A stretch of DNA of 64,000 bases from contig JAFYSJ010000003.1 of NCBI GenBank assembly GCA_017559445.1, forward strand, positions 1,913-65,912. Reading direction: 5' to 3'. Below the pieces are notes generated by a model that saw nothing but the letters and a program-made list of their open reading frames with translations, was not told the DNA's origin and ran no database searches. Numbering within the stretch: the first letter of the stretch is position 1; each line of letters begins with the position of its first letter. A program made the translations under genes and the position numbers. Below, piece after piece: positions 47,971 to 56,950 of this stretch. Origin of the DNA: Clostridia bacterium. Its GTDB lineage: Bacteria; Bacillota; Clostridia; RGIG7378.

Positions 47971-48026
47971 ATTGCAAAAATAGGTATATAATTAAATTAG
48001 GGAAGAAGTAATGGAGGGTGAGAGTT

Positions 48027-50135
48027 ATGAGGAAGATGCACGTTTTAATAGTTGTTCTAATTGCAATATTAACTTTAGGAGTACAGACTGCTTTTGCGGA
48101 TGAAAGAGCTACTTCTGGTAAAGCAGGTGACGATGTTACATGGTTCTTTGACGAAACCACTGCCACCTTAACATTTTCCGGAACAGGCAGATTAGAATCT
48201 CGTTATACAACTTCTAGAGAAGAATGGTATTCTTGGTCGGAAGAAATAAAATATGTGGTAGTTGAAGAAGGTATTGAAGATTTGTATGGCAGCGTTTTTT
48301 GTAGGCTAGAAAAGATGGAACAGGTATCATTACCAAGCACGTTAAAGTGTATAGGAGATGGTGCCTTCCTTCATTGCTATGGCATTAAGGAAGTTGTCGT
48401 ACCTGAAGGTGTTACGATTATAGATAATAGTGCTTTTAAGTTTTGCAAATCATTGGAACGCATATCATTGCCAGACAGCTTAGAAACTATTGGTCACAAT
48501 GCATTTACAGGATGTACTTCTTTACGATCCATTAGTATTCCGGATAAAGTTAAGCTTGTAAGAATGTCTTCATTTGCGGATTGTACAGGATTAGTTTGTA
48601 TAACGTTTGGAAAGGGCGTTGAATCTGTGGATTCAATGACACAAACCTCAGAATCTAGAATTAGGACACTTATTTTCACTGGAAGTGCGCCAAAAATTGA
48701 TGATATATTTCTCTACAGGGTCACAGCAACAATTTATTATCCGGAAGGGGATAGTTCCTGGGACAACTGGTTTAATGTTAATGATTTAGGTAATACAGTA
48801 AAATTGGTTCCAGTAAAGGACCCATCTGCCATAGTTCCTAACTTGGATTTAGATGTATATGAAGGATTTTGTGGCCAGGATGCCTATTGGTCTTTAAAGG
48901 ATGGTGAGCTCAGAATTACAGGAAAAGGATCTATAACTTCTGCCCCGTGGCATTTTATAGGAAAAGAAGTCAAAAAAATTGTTATAGAAGATGGAATAAC
49001 AAGCATTGATGGTACATATATTTTCTATACTTGTCGAAATGTTGAGGAAATATATATTTCAAATAGTATGGAAAGTATTGTATCGAGTGCATTTGAAGGA
49101 AGTGGAATAAAGTCAATTGTGATTCCAGGCTCGCTAAAAGTAATTCCCTCTGAAACTTTTAGTAATTGTAGTAAGCTTGAGACAGTTGTGATTTTAGATG
49201 GAGTTGTGTCTATTGGGGAAAGGGCATTCTCTTTTTGTGAAAATCTAGTTTCAATTGAACTGCCAAACTCATTAGAACGAATAGAAGATGCGGCCTTTAT
49301 GGGATGTTCGTCATTAAAGACTCTTATTATTCCTCCTAACATTAAGTTTATGGGTGAGAAGTCATTAGCAGGAACAAGAAGTTTGGAACATATTTATTTC
49401 ACAGGAGAAAAACCTGAAGTTTCACCATATATAACTTATAGTTATTCGGGATTTACAGTACATATACCTAGTTACGTTGAGTCCTGGAAACTTTATAGAG
49501 AAGGTGAATATCATAGCATAGGCGGTATAATCTATGTGGTGAAATATGATTGTCAGCACTCATATGGTGTTTGGACTAAAGCAGACGGGGACAACCATAC
49601 GAGAAAATGTTTAAATTGTGGATACGTAGCATCTGAGGAACACTCTTGGACAGAAAAGAGTATAGATAAAACTCCAACATGTACAGAAGCTGGTTCTAAG
49701 ACTATGAATTGCAAAACCTGTGGTGCCGTAAAGACAGAAACCATTGACCCTCCAGGCCATGCAGTAGATAGATCCTTGAACTATGAGCAAAGTGATACAC
49801 ACCATTGGAAGATTTGTCTAGATTGTGGTGGTAAGGTAGACGAACAAGAGCATCAAGGAGAAGAGGAGTGTGAGGTATGTAGGTATAAGCCGGAGCCAAC
49901 TCCTACACCGGAGCCAACAGCTACTCCAACACCAACAGCAGAACCTACGCAGGAACCAACAGCTACATCAGAACCAGGAGATGAGAATGTAGTTGTCACA
50001 CCAACTGCAGAACCAAATCAAGAGGTGGAAGAACCAAAGCCAAAAGAGAATGGCAAGGTGTGGGTATATGTAGTTGGTGGAGCAATCTTAGCAGGAGCCG
50101 CAATTACAGTGCCTATTGTTTTAAAGAAAAAATAA
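48027..50135 (+). CDS. BspA-type LRR surface protein with Cys/His repeats and C-terminal membrane anchor
   Basis: Signal peptide, LRR_5 repeats (LPxxLxxIGxxAFxxC), CxxC/His repeats, PT/PE linker, TM plus KKK. Confidence 0.88.
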   Translation: MRKMHVLIVVLIAILTLGVQTAFADERATSGKAGDDVTWFFDETTATLTFSGTGRLESRYTTSREEWYSWSEEIKYVVVEEGIEDLYGSVFCRLEKMEQVSLPSTLKCIGDGAFLHCYGIKEVVVPEGVTIIDNSAFKFCKSLERISLPDSLETIGHNAFTGCTSLRSISIPDKVKLVRMSSFADCTGLVCITFGKGVESVDSMTQTSESRIRTLIFTGSAPKIDDIFLYRVTATIYYPEGDSSWDNWFNVNDLGNTVKLVPVKDPSAIVPNLDLDVYEGFCGQDAYWSLKDGELRITGKGSITSAPWHFIGKEVKKIVIEDGITSIDGTYIFYTCRNVEEIYISNSMESIVSSAFEGSGIKSIVIPGSLKVIPSETFSNCSKLETVVILDGVVSIGERAFSFCENLVSIELPNSLERIEDAAFMGCSSLKTLIIPPNIKFMGEKSLAGTRSLEHIYFTGEKPEVSPYITYSYSGFTVHIPSYVESWKLYREGEYHSIGGIIYVVKYDCQHSYGVWTKADGDNHTRKCLNCGYVASEEHSWTEKSIDKTPTCTEAGSKTMNCKTCGAVKTETIDPPGHAVDRSLNYEQSDTHHWKICLDCGGKVDEQEHQGEEECEVCRYKPEPTPTPEPTATPTPTAEPTQEPTATSEPGDENVVVTPTAEPNQEVEEPKPKENGKVWVYVVGGAILAGAAITVPIVLKKK

Positions 50136-50143
50136 ATCCCCTT

Positions 50144-50170
50144 AAAACCACAGTGAAAGCTGTGGTTTTT
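50144..50170 (+). terminator. Intrinsic terminator
   Basis: AAAACCACAG-tgaaag-CTGTGGTTTT. Confidence 0.82.
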
Positions 50171-50184
50171 GCTTGTCTAAGATA

Positions 50185-50240
50185 TGTCGAACCATGTCGT
50201 ATAAGCTCCTTATTTCTGTATTGAGATTTCATTTGTCGGA
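50185..50240 (+). promoter_or_regulatory. Putative Spo0A boxes upstream of comEC
   Basis: TGTCGAA (50185-50191), TGTCGTA (50195-50201), TGTCGGA (50234-50240). Confidence 0.45.
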
Positions 50241-50256
50241 TTATTAGAATGTACTC

Positions 50257-52605
50257 ATGATGAGTGAAAGAGAGTATACGGGAAGAATTTTGGGCCTGTG
50301 CCTTTGCACTTTTGTAGCAGGGGTCGTATCGTATGTAGATAGGACAGCCATAGGGGTGTTGGCAATGTTGCTCTGCATCTGGGTCTTGCTATGCAAAAGA
50401 AGTGTGAAAGGCAGAAGGTGGATTGCGGTAGCTTTTAGCTTTGTGTTGCTTTTTACCTTAGGGTATGTGCGAATATGGATGTTGGAGATTAATGCCATAG
50501 ATAAAATGCATAGGCTAGAAGGACAGGAAATATCTGCAATAGCAATAGTCCAACGTGTAACAGATGATGGGTATCTGATTAAGATTGTTGAGGCAGATTT
50601 GGAAATCATAGGAAAGCCTTATTTGATTTGCCAAGAGGAGTTTTTGCTGGGGGATGTAGTCTCCGTTACTGGAGTATGTGAACTGTATAATGGTGCAACA
50701 AATCCTGGGGAATTTAGTTACATGGACTATATGAAATCCTGTGGCAATTTCTTTTACGTGGATGGAGCGGCAGAGTTATCGCAGACGGTCCTATCTTGGA
50801 ACTTAAGACTTTGGGCTAGATTATGCCAAATGTCTGGAACCATCACGTCTTGGGCAAAAGGTATCATAGAGGAGCTATATGGTGAAAACGCCCCTGTAGT
50901 AAAGGGTATGATCCTAGGTGACACAGATTCTATGAATGCTGCTGAACTTGCCATGTATAGGACTGCAGGCATTGGACACTACTTCGCCGTAAGTGGATTA
51001 CATATTGGTTTGCTGGCTGGAGGTATTGCTTGGGTCTTTGGACTAATAGGAATTGGCCATAAGGGAAAGTCAGTGGCGGTTACAGTGTCTGTTGCCGTGC
51101 TCCTAACGTTGTGTGGATTTACTCCAAGCAGCATAAGGGCGGCCTTTATGCTGGGCATGGCAGCCTTAGCCCGTTTATTGTACAGGCGTAGTGATACAGT
51201 TACTGCAGTTGCATTATCTGCTGGTATAGCACTGGCCATAAACCCTTATTTGGTGTATAACTCGGGATTCATTTTATCCCATGGTGCAATTATGACCTTT
51301 GCTATTTTAAATAGCAAAATAGTGTTGCCGATAACCCGAAGGTTAGGAGAGAGAAAGCAGAAGATAGCCAGCATAATTGCTGGGCCAGTTTTGTTTTGGC
51401 TTGCGACAGCTCCTATGTCAGGCAAAATTTTTGGTTCCGTGGCCACATATGGAATATTAAGCAATTTGCTATGTTCTGGACTTCTAACTGTTGCTTTTGG
51501 ATTAGCTTTAGGGTCCTTGGCTGTAGGTGGAGTGTGGTTGGGAGCGGGCAGGGTACTGGCTCAAGTGACAGCTATGGTTATTTCCTTAGTAAAAAGCATA
51601 TGCCAATGGATTGTGGGTCTCCCTTTGCCAGAGATAATTGGAATAAAAGCCACATTTCTAGGGTATGCCTTGGTGCTTTTGCCTGTTCTTGGATTAAGCC
51701 TACGCCATGTGGCGGGGAAAGAGCAAAGGTTAGAATCCCATAGATGGATTGCAGCTTGTTTAGTGGTGCCGGCCTTCATATGTTCCTTTGTTACGGTGGC
51801 AAAGGTTTGGAATTCACCCAAAATGCGAGCAACCTACCTTTCTGTTGGGCAGGGTGATAGCGCAGTAATGGAGTTTAGAAACGGAGCGGTAATGGTGGTA
51901 GATGGCTCCACCCAGTACTACGGCACTAGACTTTTAGATTATTTGCAAAGCCGAAACATTAGGCATGTGGACGCAGTTGTACTGTCTCACGGTCATTTGG
52001 ACCACGGTGGAGGACTTCTTGAGTTAATGGATTTGGCCTTGGATGGAAAAATAAGTATTGGCAAAGTGTATTTGTCCAAGGTAGATGAGACTGATATAGC
52101 AAGAGATTTGGGGCAAAAGGCCAATGATCTAGGAGTTGATGTCGTATGGTTAGGAGCGGGAGATAGCTTTAATGTGGCAGGTAATAAGGTGGATGTACTG
52201 TGGCCAGTAGAGAGACACGAAGCTCTAATTGATGAGAACAATTACTCTTTGGTGCTCCGTTTGCAAGTTGGTCAGGATAGCTTTATTTTCACCGGTGATA
52301 TTGAATCCCAGGTAGAATCCTTTATAATTGACTATGTAGGTCCATGTGACGTACTTAAGGTGGCACATCATGGGTCTAGTACATCTACACAAGGCGATTT
52401 TCTCAAGGCAACCATGCCGGAGATTGCTTTAATATCTGTAGGAAGCAACTCCTATGGACACCCGTCGTCAGACACCTTATATAGGCTAAATCAAGCTGGT
52501 AGTTACATTCATGTAACTAAGGAGTCAGGAGCCCTAGTGGTGGAGACCAATGGTAATGGGTGCAGAATAGTTAATTGGAAGGGTTTATGGGAATTAAGGA
52601 ACTAA
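50257..52605 (+). CDS. comEC: DNA uptake channel ComEC/Rec2
   Basis: HYFAVSGLHIG, SSIRAAFM, VGQGDS, SHGHLDHGGG, KVAHHGS. Confidence 0.95.
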   Translation: MMSEREYTGRILGLCLCTFVAGVVSYVDRTAIGVLAMLLCIWVLLCKRSVKGRRWIAVAFSFVLLFTLGYVRIWMLEINAIDKMHRLEGQEISAIAIVQRVTDDGYLIKIVEADLEIIGKPYLICQEEFLLGDVVSVTGVCELYNGATNPGEFSYMDYMKSCGNFFYVDGAAELSQTVLSWNLRLWARLCQMSGTITSWAKGIIEELYGENAPVVKGMILGDTDSMNAAELAMYRTAGIGHYFAVSGLHIGLLAGGIAWVFGLIGIGHKGKSVAVTVSVAVLLTLCGFTPSSIRAAFMLGMAALARLLYRRSDTVTAVALSAGIALAINPYLVYNSGFILSHGAIMTFAILNSKIVLPITRRLGERKQKIASIIAGPVLFWLATAPMSGKIFGSVATYGILSNLLCSGLLTVAFGLALGSLAVGGVWLGAGRVLAQVTAMVISLVKSICQWIVGLPLPEIIGIKATFLGYALVLLPVLGLSLRHVAGKEQRLESHRWIAACLVVPAFICSFVTVAKVWNSPKMRATYLSVGQGDSAVMEFRNGAVMVVDGSTQYYGTRLLDYLQSRNIRHVDAVVLSHGHLDHGGGLLELMDLALDGKISIGKVYLSKVDETDIARDLGQKANDLGVDVVWLGAGDSFNVAGNKVDVLWPVERHEALIDENNYSLVLRLQVGQDSFIFTGDIESQVESFIIDYVGPCDVLKVAHHGSSTSTQGDFLKATMPEIALISVGSNSYGHPSSDTLYRLNQAGSYIHVTKESGALVVETNGNGCRIVNWKGLWELRN

Positions 52606-53579
52606 ATGACATTTTGAAGAGTAAGCAAGTACCTCAGGTTATTCTGCTTTATGGCACTGAGGATTATTTGCGTAACTTCTATAGTACAGCTTTGGCTGAT
52701 ATTCTAGTTCCGGACAAGGACGATTTTGCCAATAGAGTCGTCTTAGGTGAAAATTTGTCGTTAGAGACTGTAAAAGACACCTGCGATGAACTTCCCTTCT
52801 TTTCTGAGCATAAAGTCGTAATTATAAAGGACTCAGGACTTCTTAAAGGTAAGGCCACAGGAGATTGGGACTTTGTTAAATCTATGGATCCGTCTATTAA
52901 GCTCATCATTTCTGAGAGAGAGGTAGACGCTAGAGGCAAGGGGTATAAGCTCCTTACTCAGCATGCCTTCTGTTGTGAGCTAGGCGAGCAGGATCAGGTT
53001 ACTCGCGAGAAGTGGCTGGCCAAGAGACTTAGATCCCAGGGAGTTTTGGCAGATGCAGACATTATTCGTCGCATTGTGGAGCTCTGCGATACAGACATGT
53101 ACACCTTGGCCAATGAGTCAGATAAGCTCATTGCATATGCAGGAGCAGGTGGACAGATTACATTGGAGGATGTGGACGCCCTTTGCACCGCATCCATTAA
53201 GAGCGTTGTTTTCGATTTGACAGACGCAGTTTCTACAGGTAGACCAGACAGGGCATACCAGGTCCTTGAGGATATGAGACAGCTTAGAGAGGCAGATCAG
53301 AAACTCTTTATTACAATGGCAGGCCACATTTCCAAAATGCTTAGGTACAGGCTCATGTTAGAAAAGGGCACAACAGATACAGAGATTAACGCAGTGATGA
53401 AGATGCACCCATATGCATTCCGTAAAATGAGTAGCCAGAGCAAGAGATTCTCTACAGCTACCCTTAGGGAAATGCACAAGTTCTGCGTAGATGCAGACGA
53501 AAAGTCCAAGGGTGGATATTTGGATGCTGGTAAGGCCATGGAGCTCTTAATTGCCATGGCGGGGAGCAAACAGAAATGA
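52587..53579 (+). CDS. holA: DNA polymerase III subunit delta
   Basis: LLYGTEDY, LPFFSEHKVVII, NESDKL, VFDLTDAV; follows comEC. Confidence 0.92.
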   Translation: MGIKELNDILKSKQVPQVILLYGTEDYLRNFYSTALADILVPDKDDFANRVVLGENLSLETVKDTCDELPFFSEHKVVIIKDSGLLKGKATGDWDFVKSMDPSIKLIISEREVDARGKGYKLLTQHAFCCELGEQDQVTREKWLAKRLRSQGVLADADIIRRIVELCDTDMYTLANESDKLIAYAGAGGQITLEDVDALCTASIKSVVFDLTDAVSTGRPDRAYQVLEDMRQLREADQKLFITMAGHISKMLRYRLMLEKGTTDTEINAVMKMHPYAFRKMSSQSKRFSTATLREMHKFCVDADEKSKGGYLDAGKAMELLIAMAGSKQK

Positions 53580-55306
53580 TAAGTAGAGAAGAGTGGTTCG
53601 TAAGAGGAGCCAACATAGAGGATATATCTAGATTGCAGCGAGAGGCAGGTTTGTCTCCAGTCATGGCTAGGATCATGGCAGGTAGAGGCATCAAGGAGCC
53701 AAGGGAGGCTCAGATGGCACTTCGCAAGGACACAATGGGACTTTTGGATGGATTTGCCATGGCAGATATGTCTAAGGGTGTTGAGATTGTGGCCAACGCA
53801 ATTAAGCGTAAGGATAAAATTTTAATAGTTGGAGACTATGACGCAGATGGAATTACTGCCACCAGCGTTTTGATTCGCGTCCTTAAGGACTTGGACGCCC
53901 TTTTTGCATACAGGATTCCCAACAGAGTTACAGATGGGTATGGCATTAACGTAAACATCATAAACGAGGCTATTCTAAGCGGAGTAAAGGTTATCCTTAC
54001 CTGCGATAACGGCATTGCTGCCACAGAGCAGATTAACTATGCCATTTCTGCTGGTCTTAGCGTGGTAGTAACAGATCACCACCAGGTTCAGGGATTTTTG
54101 CCCCCAGCCCATGCAGTAATTAATCCACATAGAGCAGATTGCCCGTACCAGTTTAAGGAGCTTTGCGGAGCTGGAGTTGCATACAAGTTTGCCCAGTGCC
54201 TCTATAGCCAAATGGGCGTGGATACATACGATGACGAGTATCTTTTGGAGCTTGTTACCATAGGAACAATTTGCGATGTTGTGCCCATGACTGGCGAAAA
54301 TAGAATCATCGCAAAATACGGATTAAACCTTTTGAACAATCCCAGAAATGTTGGCCTCCAGGCTTTATGCAGAGCTAATGGAATCGAAGACAAGCCTCAG
54401 ACAACCTATACGGTGGGTTTCGTTATTGGACCATGCCTTAATGCTACAGGACGTCTTGAGGATGCGTCCTTGGCAGTTAGACTTTTGACAGAGACAGACA
54501 TGGAAAAGGCTGTGGAGTTAGCAGGTGAACTTACTGCACTTAATAGGGAAAGACAGCGCATTACAGATCAAGATGTGGCAACAGCATTAGAGCAAATAGA
54601 TGCAAGAGAGGCCGAAAGCCCAGTTATTCTGATTTACTCGCCTAAGATTAGTGAGAGCGTTGCTGGTATCGTGGCAGGTAGACTTAAGGAGACTTATGCA
54701 AGGCCTGCTATTGTGCTTTGTGATAGCGGAGAAGAAGGAATAGCCAAGGGATCTGCCAGATCTGTGGAAGGAATCAACATTTATGAGATTTTGGCGAAGT
54801 GTAGTGACCTTATGACTAAGTTCGGTGGTCATCCCATGGCTGCAGGACTTTCCATTGCAGTGGAAAATATTGATAAACTTAAGAAAAAGGTAAATGACAT
54901 AGCCCTATCCAATGGTGAGATTGTGACTAAGGTTATGATTGACGTGCCAATGAAAATCGCATCTGCCACATTAGAGATGGCACAGGATGTGGCAAAGTTG
55001 GAGCCCTTTGGCAAGGATAACGAAAAGCCAGTATTTGGAGACAAAAACTTAAAACTTGTGGCCCATAAGCCATTGGGTGTTAAGGGTAAGGCAACGGAGC
55101 TTCAGCTGGCAGACCAAACAGGCCGTGTAGTAAGGGCAGTTTTGTTTGGTGACTCCGCAAAATTCGCAGGCTTTGCAAACCAGGCAGCACAGGCTGGGGA
55201 CACAATGCTGGATGTATGTTATAATCTTAACGTTGATTCATATGCAGGCCGTGAGAGACTTGGCATTTTGATTACCAACTATAGACTTTCCAGGAGGAAT
55301 GGTTAA
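53576..55306 (+). CDS. recJ: ssDNA exonuclease RecJ
   Basis: GDYDADG, TCDNGI, TDHH, LCGAGVA, KGSARS, GGHPMAAG. Confidence 0.96.
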   Translation: MISREEWFVRGANIEDISRLQREAGLSPVMARIMAGRGIKEPREAQMALRKDTMGLLDGFAMADMSKGVEIVANAIKRKDKILIVGDYDADGITATSVLIRVLKDLDALFAYRIPNRVTDGYGINVNIINEAILSGVKVILTCDNGIAATEQINYAISAGLSVVVTDHHQVQGFLPPAHAVINPHRADCPYQFKELCGAGVAYKFAQCLYSQMGVDTYDDEYLLELVTIGTICDVVPMTGENRIIAKYGLNLLNNPRNVGLQALCRANGIEDKPQTTYTVGFVIGPCLNATGRLEDASLAVRLLTETDMEKAVELAGELTALNRERQRITDQDVATALEQIDAREAESPVILIYSPKISESVAGIVAGRLKETYARPAIVLCDSGEEGIAKGSARSVEGINIYEILAKCSDLMTKFGGHPMAAGLSIAVENIDKLKKKVNDIALSNGEIVTKVMIDVPMKIASATLEMAQDVAKLEPFGKDNEKPVFGDKNLKLVAHKPLGVKGKATELQLADQTGRVVRAVLFGDSAKFAGFANQAAQAGDTMLDVCYNLNVDSYAGRERLGILITNYRLSRRNG

Positions 55307-56046
55307 TGGCTAGATATTACGTAGAGCCCCATAATTTTACTGAAGATACAGTGACCATAGTGGGCGATGACGTTAAGCATATTCGCAATGTTCTCCGCGG
55401 AGCCGTAGGGGACAAGCTTACTATTTGCGATTGCTGTGGCACAGTGTATGACACAGAGATTGCATCTATTGATACAGAGATTGTGTGTAAAATTTTGGAC
55501 AAGAAACCAGATGAGAATGAGCCAGATGTAAGGCTTACAGTTGTCCAGGCAATTCCCAAGGGAGACAAGATGGAGTCCATTATCCAAAAGTGCGTTGAAC
55601 TTGGAGTTTCTAGAATTATCCCAGTGTACTCAGAGTTCACAGTAGTTAAGGCAGACCCTAAGGGTGACGCAAATAAGCTTGTTAGATGGCAGAGAATAGC
55701 CAAGGAGGCAGCCAAGCAGTGCTGTAGAGGTATTATTCCCACAGTTGATGCACCAGCTAAGCTTAAGAATGTGGCTAAGCCAGATGAGGATGAGGTAGGA
55801 CTCATGGCCTGGGAGAGAGGCATGGGTGACCCAAGAGATATTATTAAGTCTTGTGGTAACAAGGTTAGGATTTTGATTGGTTCTGAGGGAGGTTTTTCTG
55901 CACAGGAGGCACAATGGGCTCAGGACAATGGATATACATTAATTAGCATGGGACCTAGAATTTTACGCAGCGAAACAGCAGGTCCTGCACTTAGCGCAGC
56001 AATTATGTTTGCCACAGGCAATTGGAATAACAGACAGGAGAGATAA
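55306..56046 (+). CDS. rsmE: 16S rRNA m3U1498 methyltransferase
   Basis: HIRNVLR, KCVELGV, IGSEGGF, MGPRILRSETA. Confidence 0.96.
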   Translation: MARYYVEPHNFTEDTVTIVGDDVKHIRNVLRGAVGDKLTICDCCGTVYDTEIASIDTEIVCKILDKKPDENEPDVRLTVVQAIPKGDKMESIIQKCVELGVSRIIPVYSEFTVVKADPKGDANKLVRWQRIAKEAAKQCCRGIIPTVDAPAKLKNVAKPDEDEVGLMAWERGMGDPRDIIKSCGNKVRILIGSEGGFSAQEAQWAQDNGYTLISMGPRILRSETAGPALSAAIMFATGNWNNRQER

Positions 56047-56051
56047 GTCAG

Positions 56052-56930
56052 ATGATTAGGAGCATGACAGGCTTTGGACGTGGAGAAGCCAGCGACAGCA
56101 CATACAAGTTCAGAGTTGAGATTAAGTCCGTAAACAGCAGATACGCAGATATTACAGTTAAGGGGCCCAGAATCTTCGCACCATACGAGGACAAGATTAA
56201 GGCAACTATTACTAAGAAGCTTCGCAGAGGTAAGATGGACGTTTTTGTGTACTACGAGACACTTAGCGTTACAGAGGGCATGGTTGCAATTAACGTACCT
56301 TTGGCCGCAGCATACAAGAGTGCCATCGACAACTTGGCTGTAGAACTTGGCATGGAGAATGACAATCGTCTTTCTAATATTATTCGCATGCCCGACGTTT
56401 TCGGATCCAATAGCATGGACACAAACCTTGACGATAACTGGCCAACACTTGAGGCAGCAGTAAATATGGCAGCAGACCAGCTCCAGAGTATTAGCGCAAG
56501 AGAGGGTATGTTCCTCATTGATACAATCCGTCAGGGTAAGGAAAAGATTATGGAGAAGGTGGCAGAGATTGAGGAGAGATCTCCAATTGCTATTGCCGCT
56601 AACTTCGAAAAGTACAGAGCTCGTATTGAGAAACTCTTGGGCGACACGTCTGTAGATGAGGCAAGACTTTTGCAGGAGGCTGCAATTATGTCTGAGAAGT
56701 ACGATATTAACGAGGAAATTGTTAGACTTCGCAGCCACTTTGTTCGCATGGAGGAGATCATCGCTGAGGACGACATGATCGGCAAGAAGCTTGACTTCCT
56801 TATTCAGGAAATGAACAGAGAGACAAACACAATTGGCTCCAAGGCAAACGATACAGAGATTTCTCGCAGAGTAGTGTTCATGAAGAACGAGATCGAGAAG
56901 ATTCGCGAGCAGGTTCAGAACATCGAGTAA
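56052..56930 (+). CDS. yloC: YicC/YloC family endoribonuclease
   Basis: MIRSMTGFG, KSVNSRY, EEIVRLRSH, GKKLDFLIQEMNRETNTIGSK, REQVQNIE. Confidence 0.96.
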   Translation: MIRSMTGFGRGEASDSTYKFRVEIKSVNSRYADITVKGPRIFAPYEDKIKATITKKLRRGKMDVFVYYETLSVTEGMVAINVPLAAAYKSAIDNLAVELGMENDNRLSNIIRMPDVFGSNSMDTNLDDNWPTLEAAVNMAADQLQSISAREGMFLIDTIRQGKEKIMEKVAEIEERSPIAIAANFEKYRARIEKLLGDTSVDEARLLQEAAIMSEKYDINEEIVRLRSHFVRMEEIIAEDDMIGKKLDFLIQEMNRETNTIGSKANDTEISRRVVFMKNEIEKIREQVQNIE

Positions 56931-56950
56931 GATAGGTAACTGGAGGCACA

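Noticed and set aside
46290-50040. Short ACA/CCA-rich tandem-like repeats
   Set aside because: They encode Pro/Thr/Ala linkers of the NlpC/P60 and LRR proteins; explained by coding sequence.
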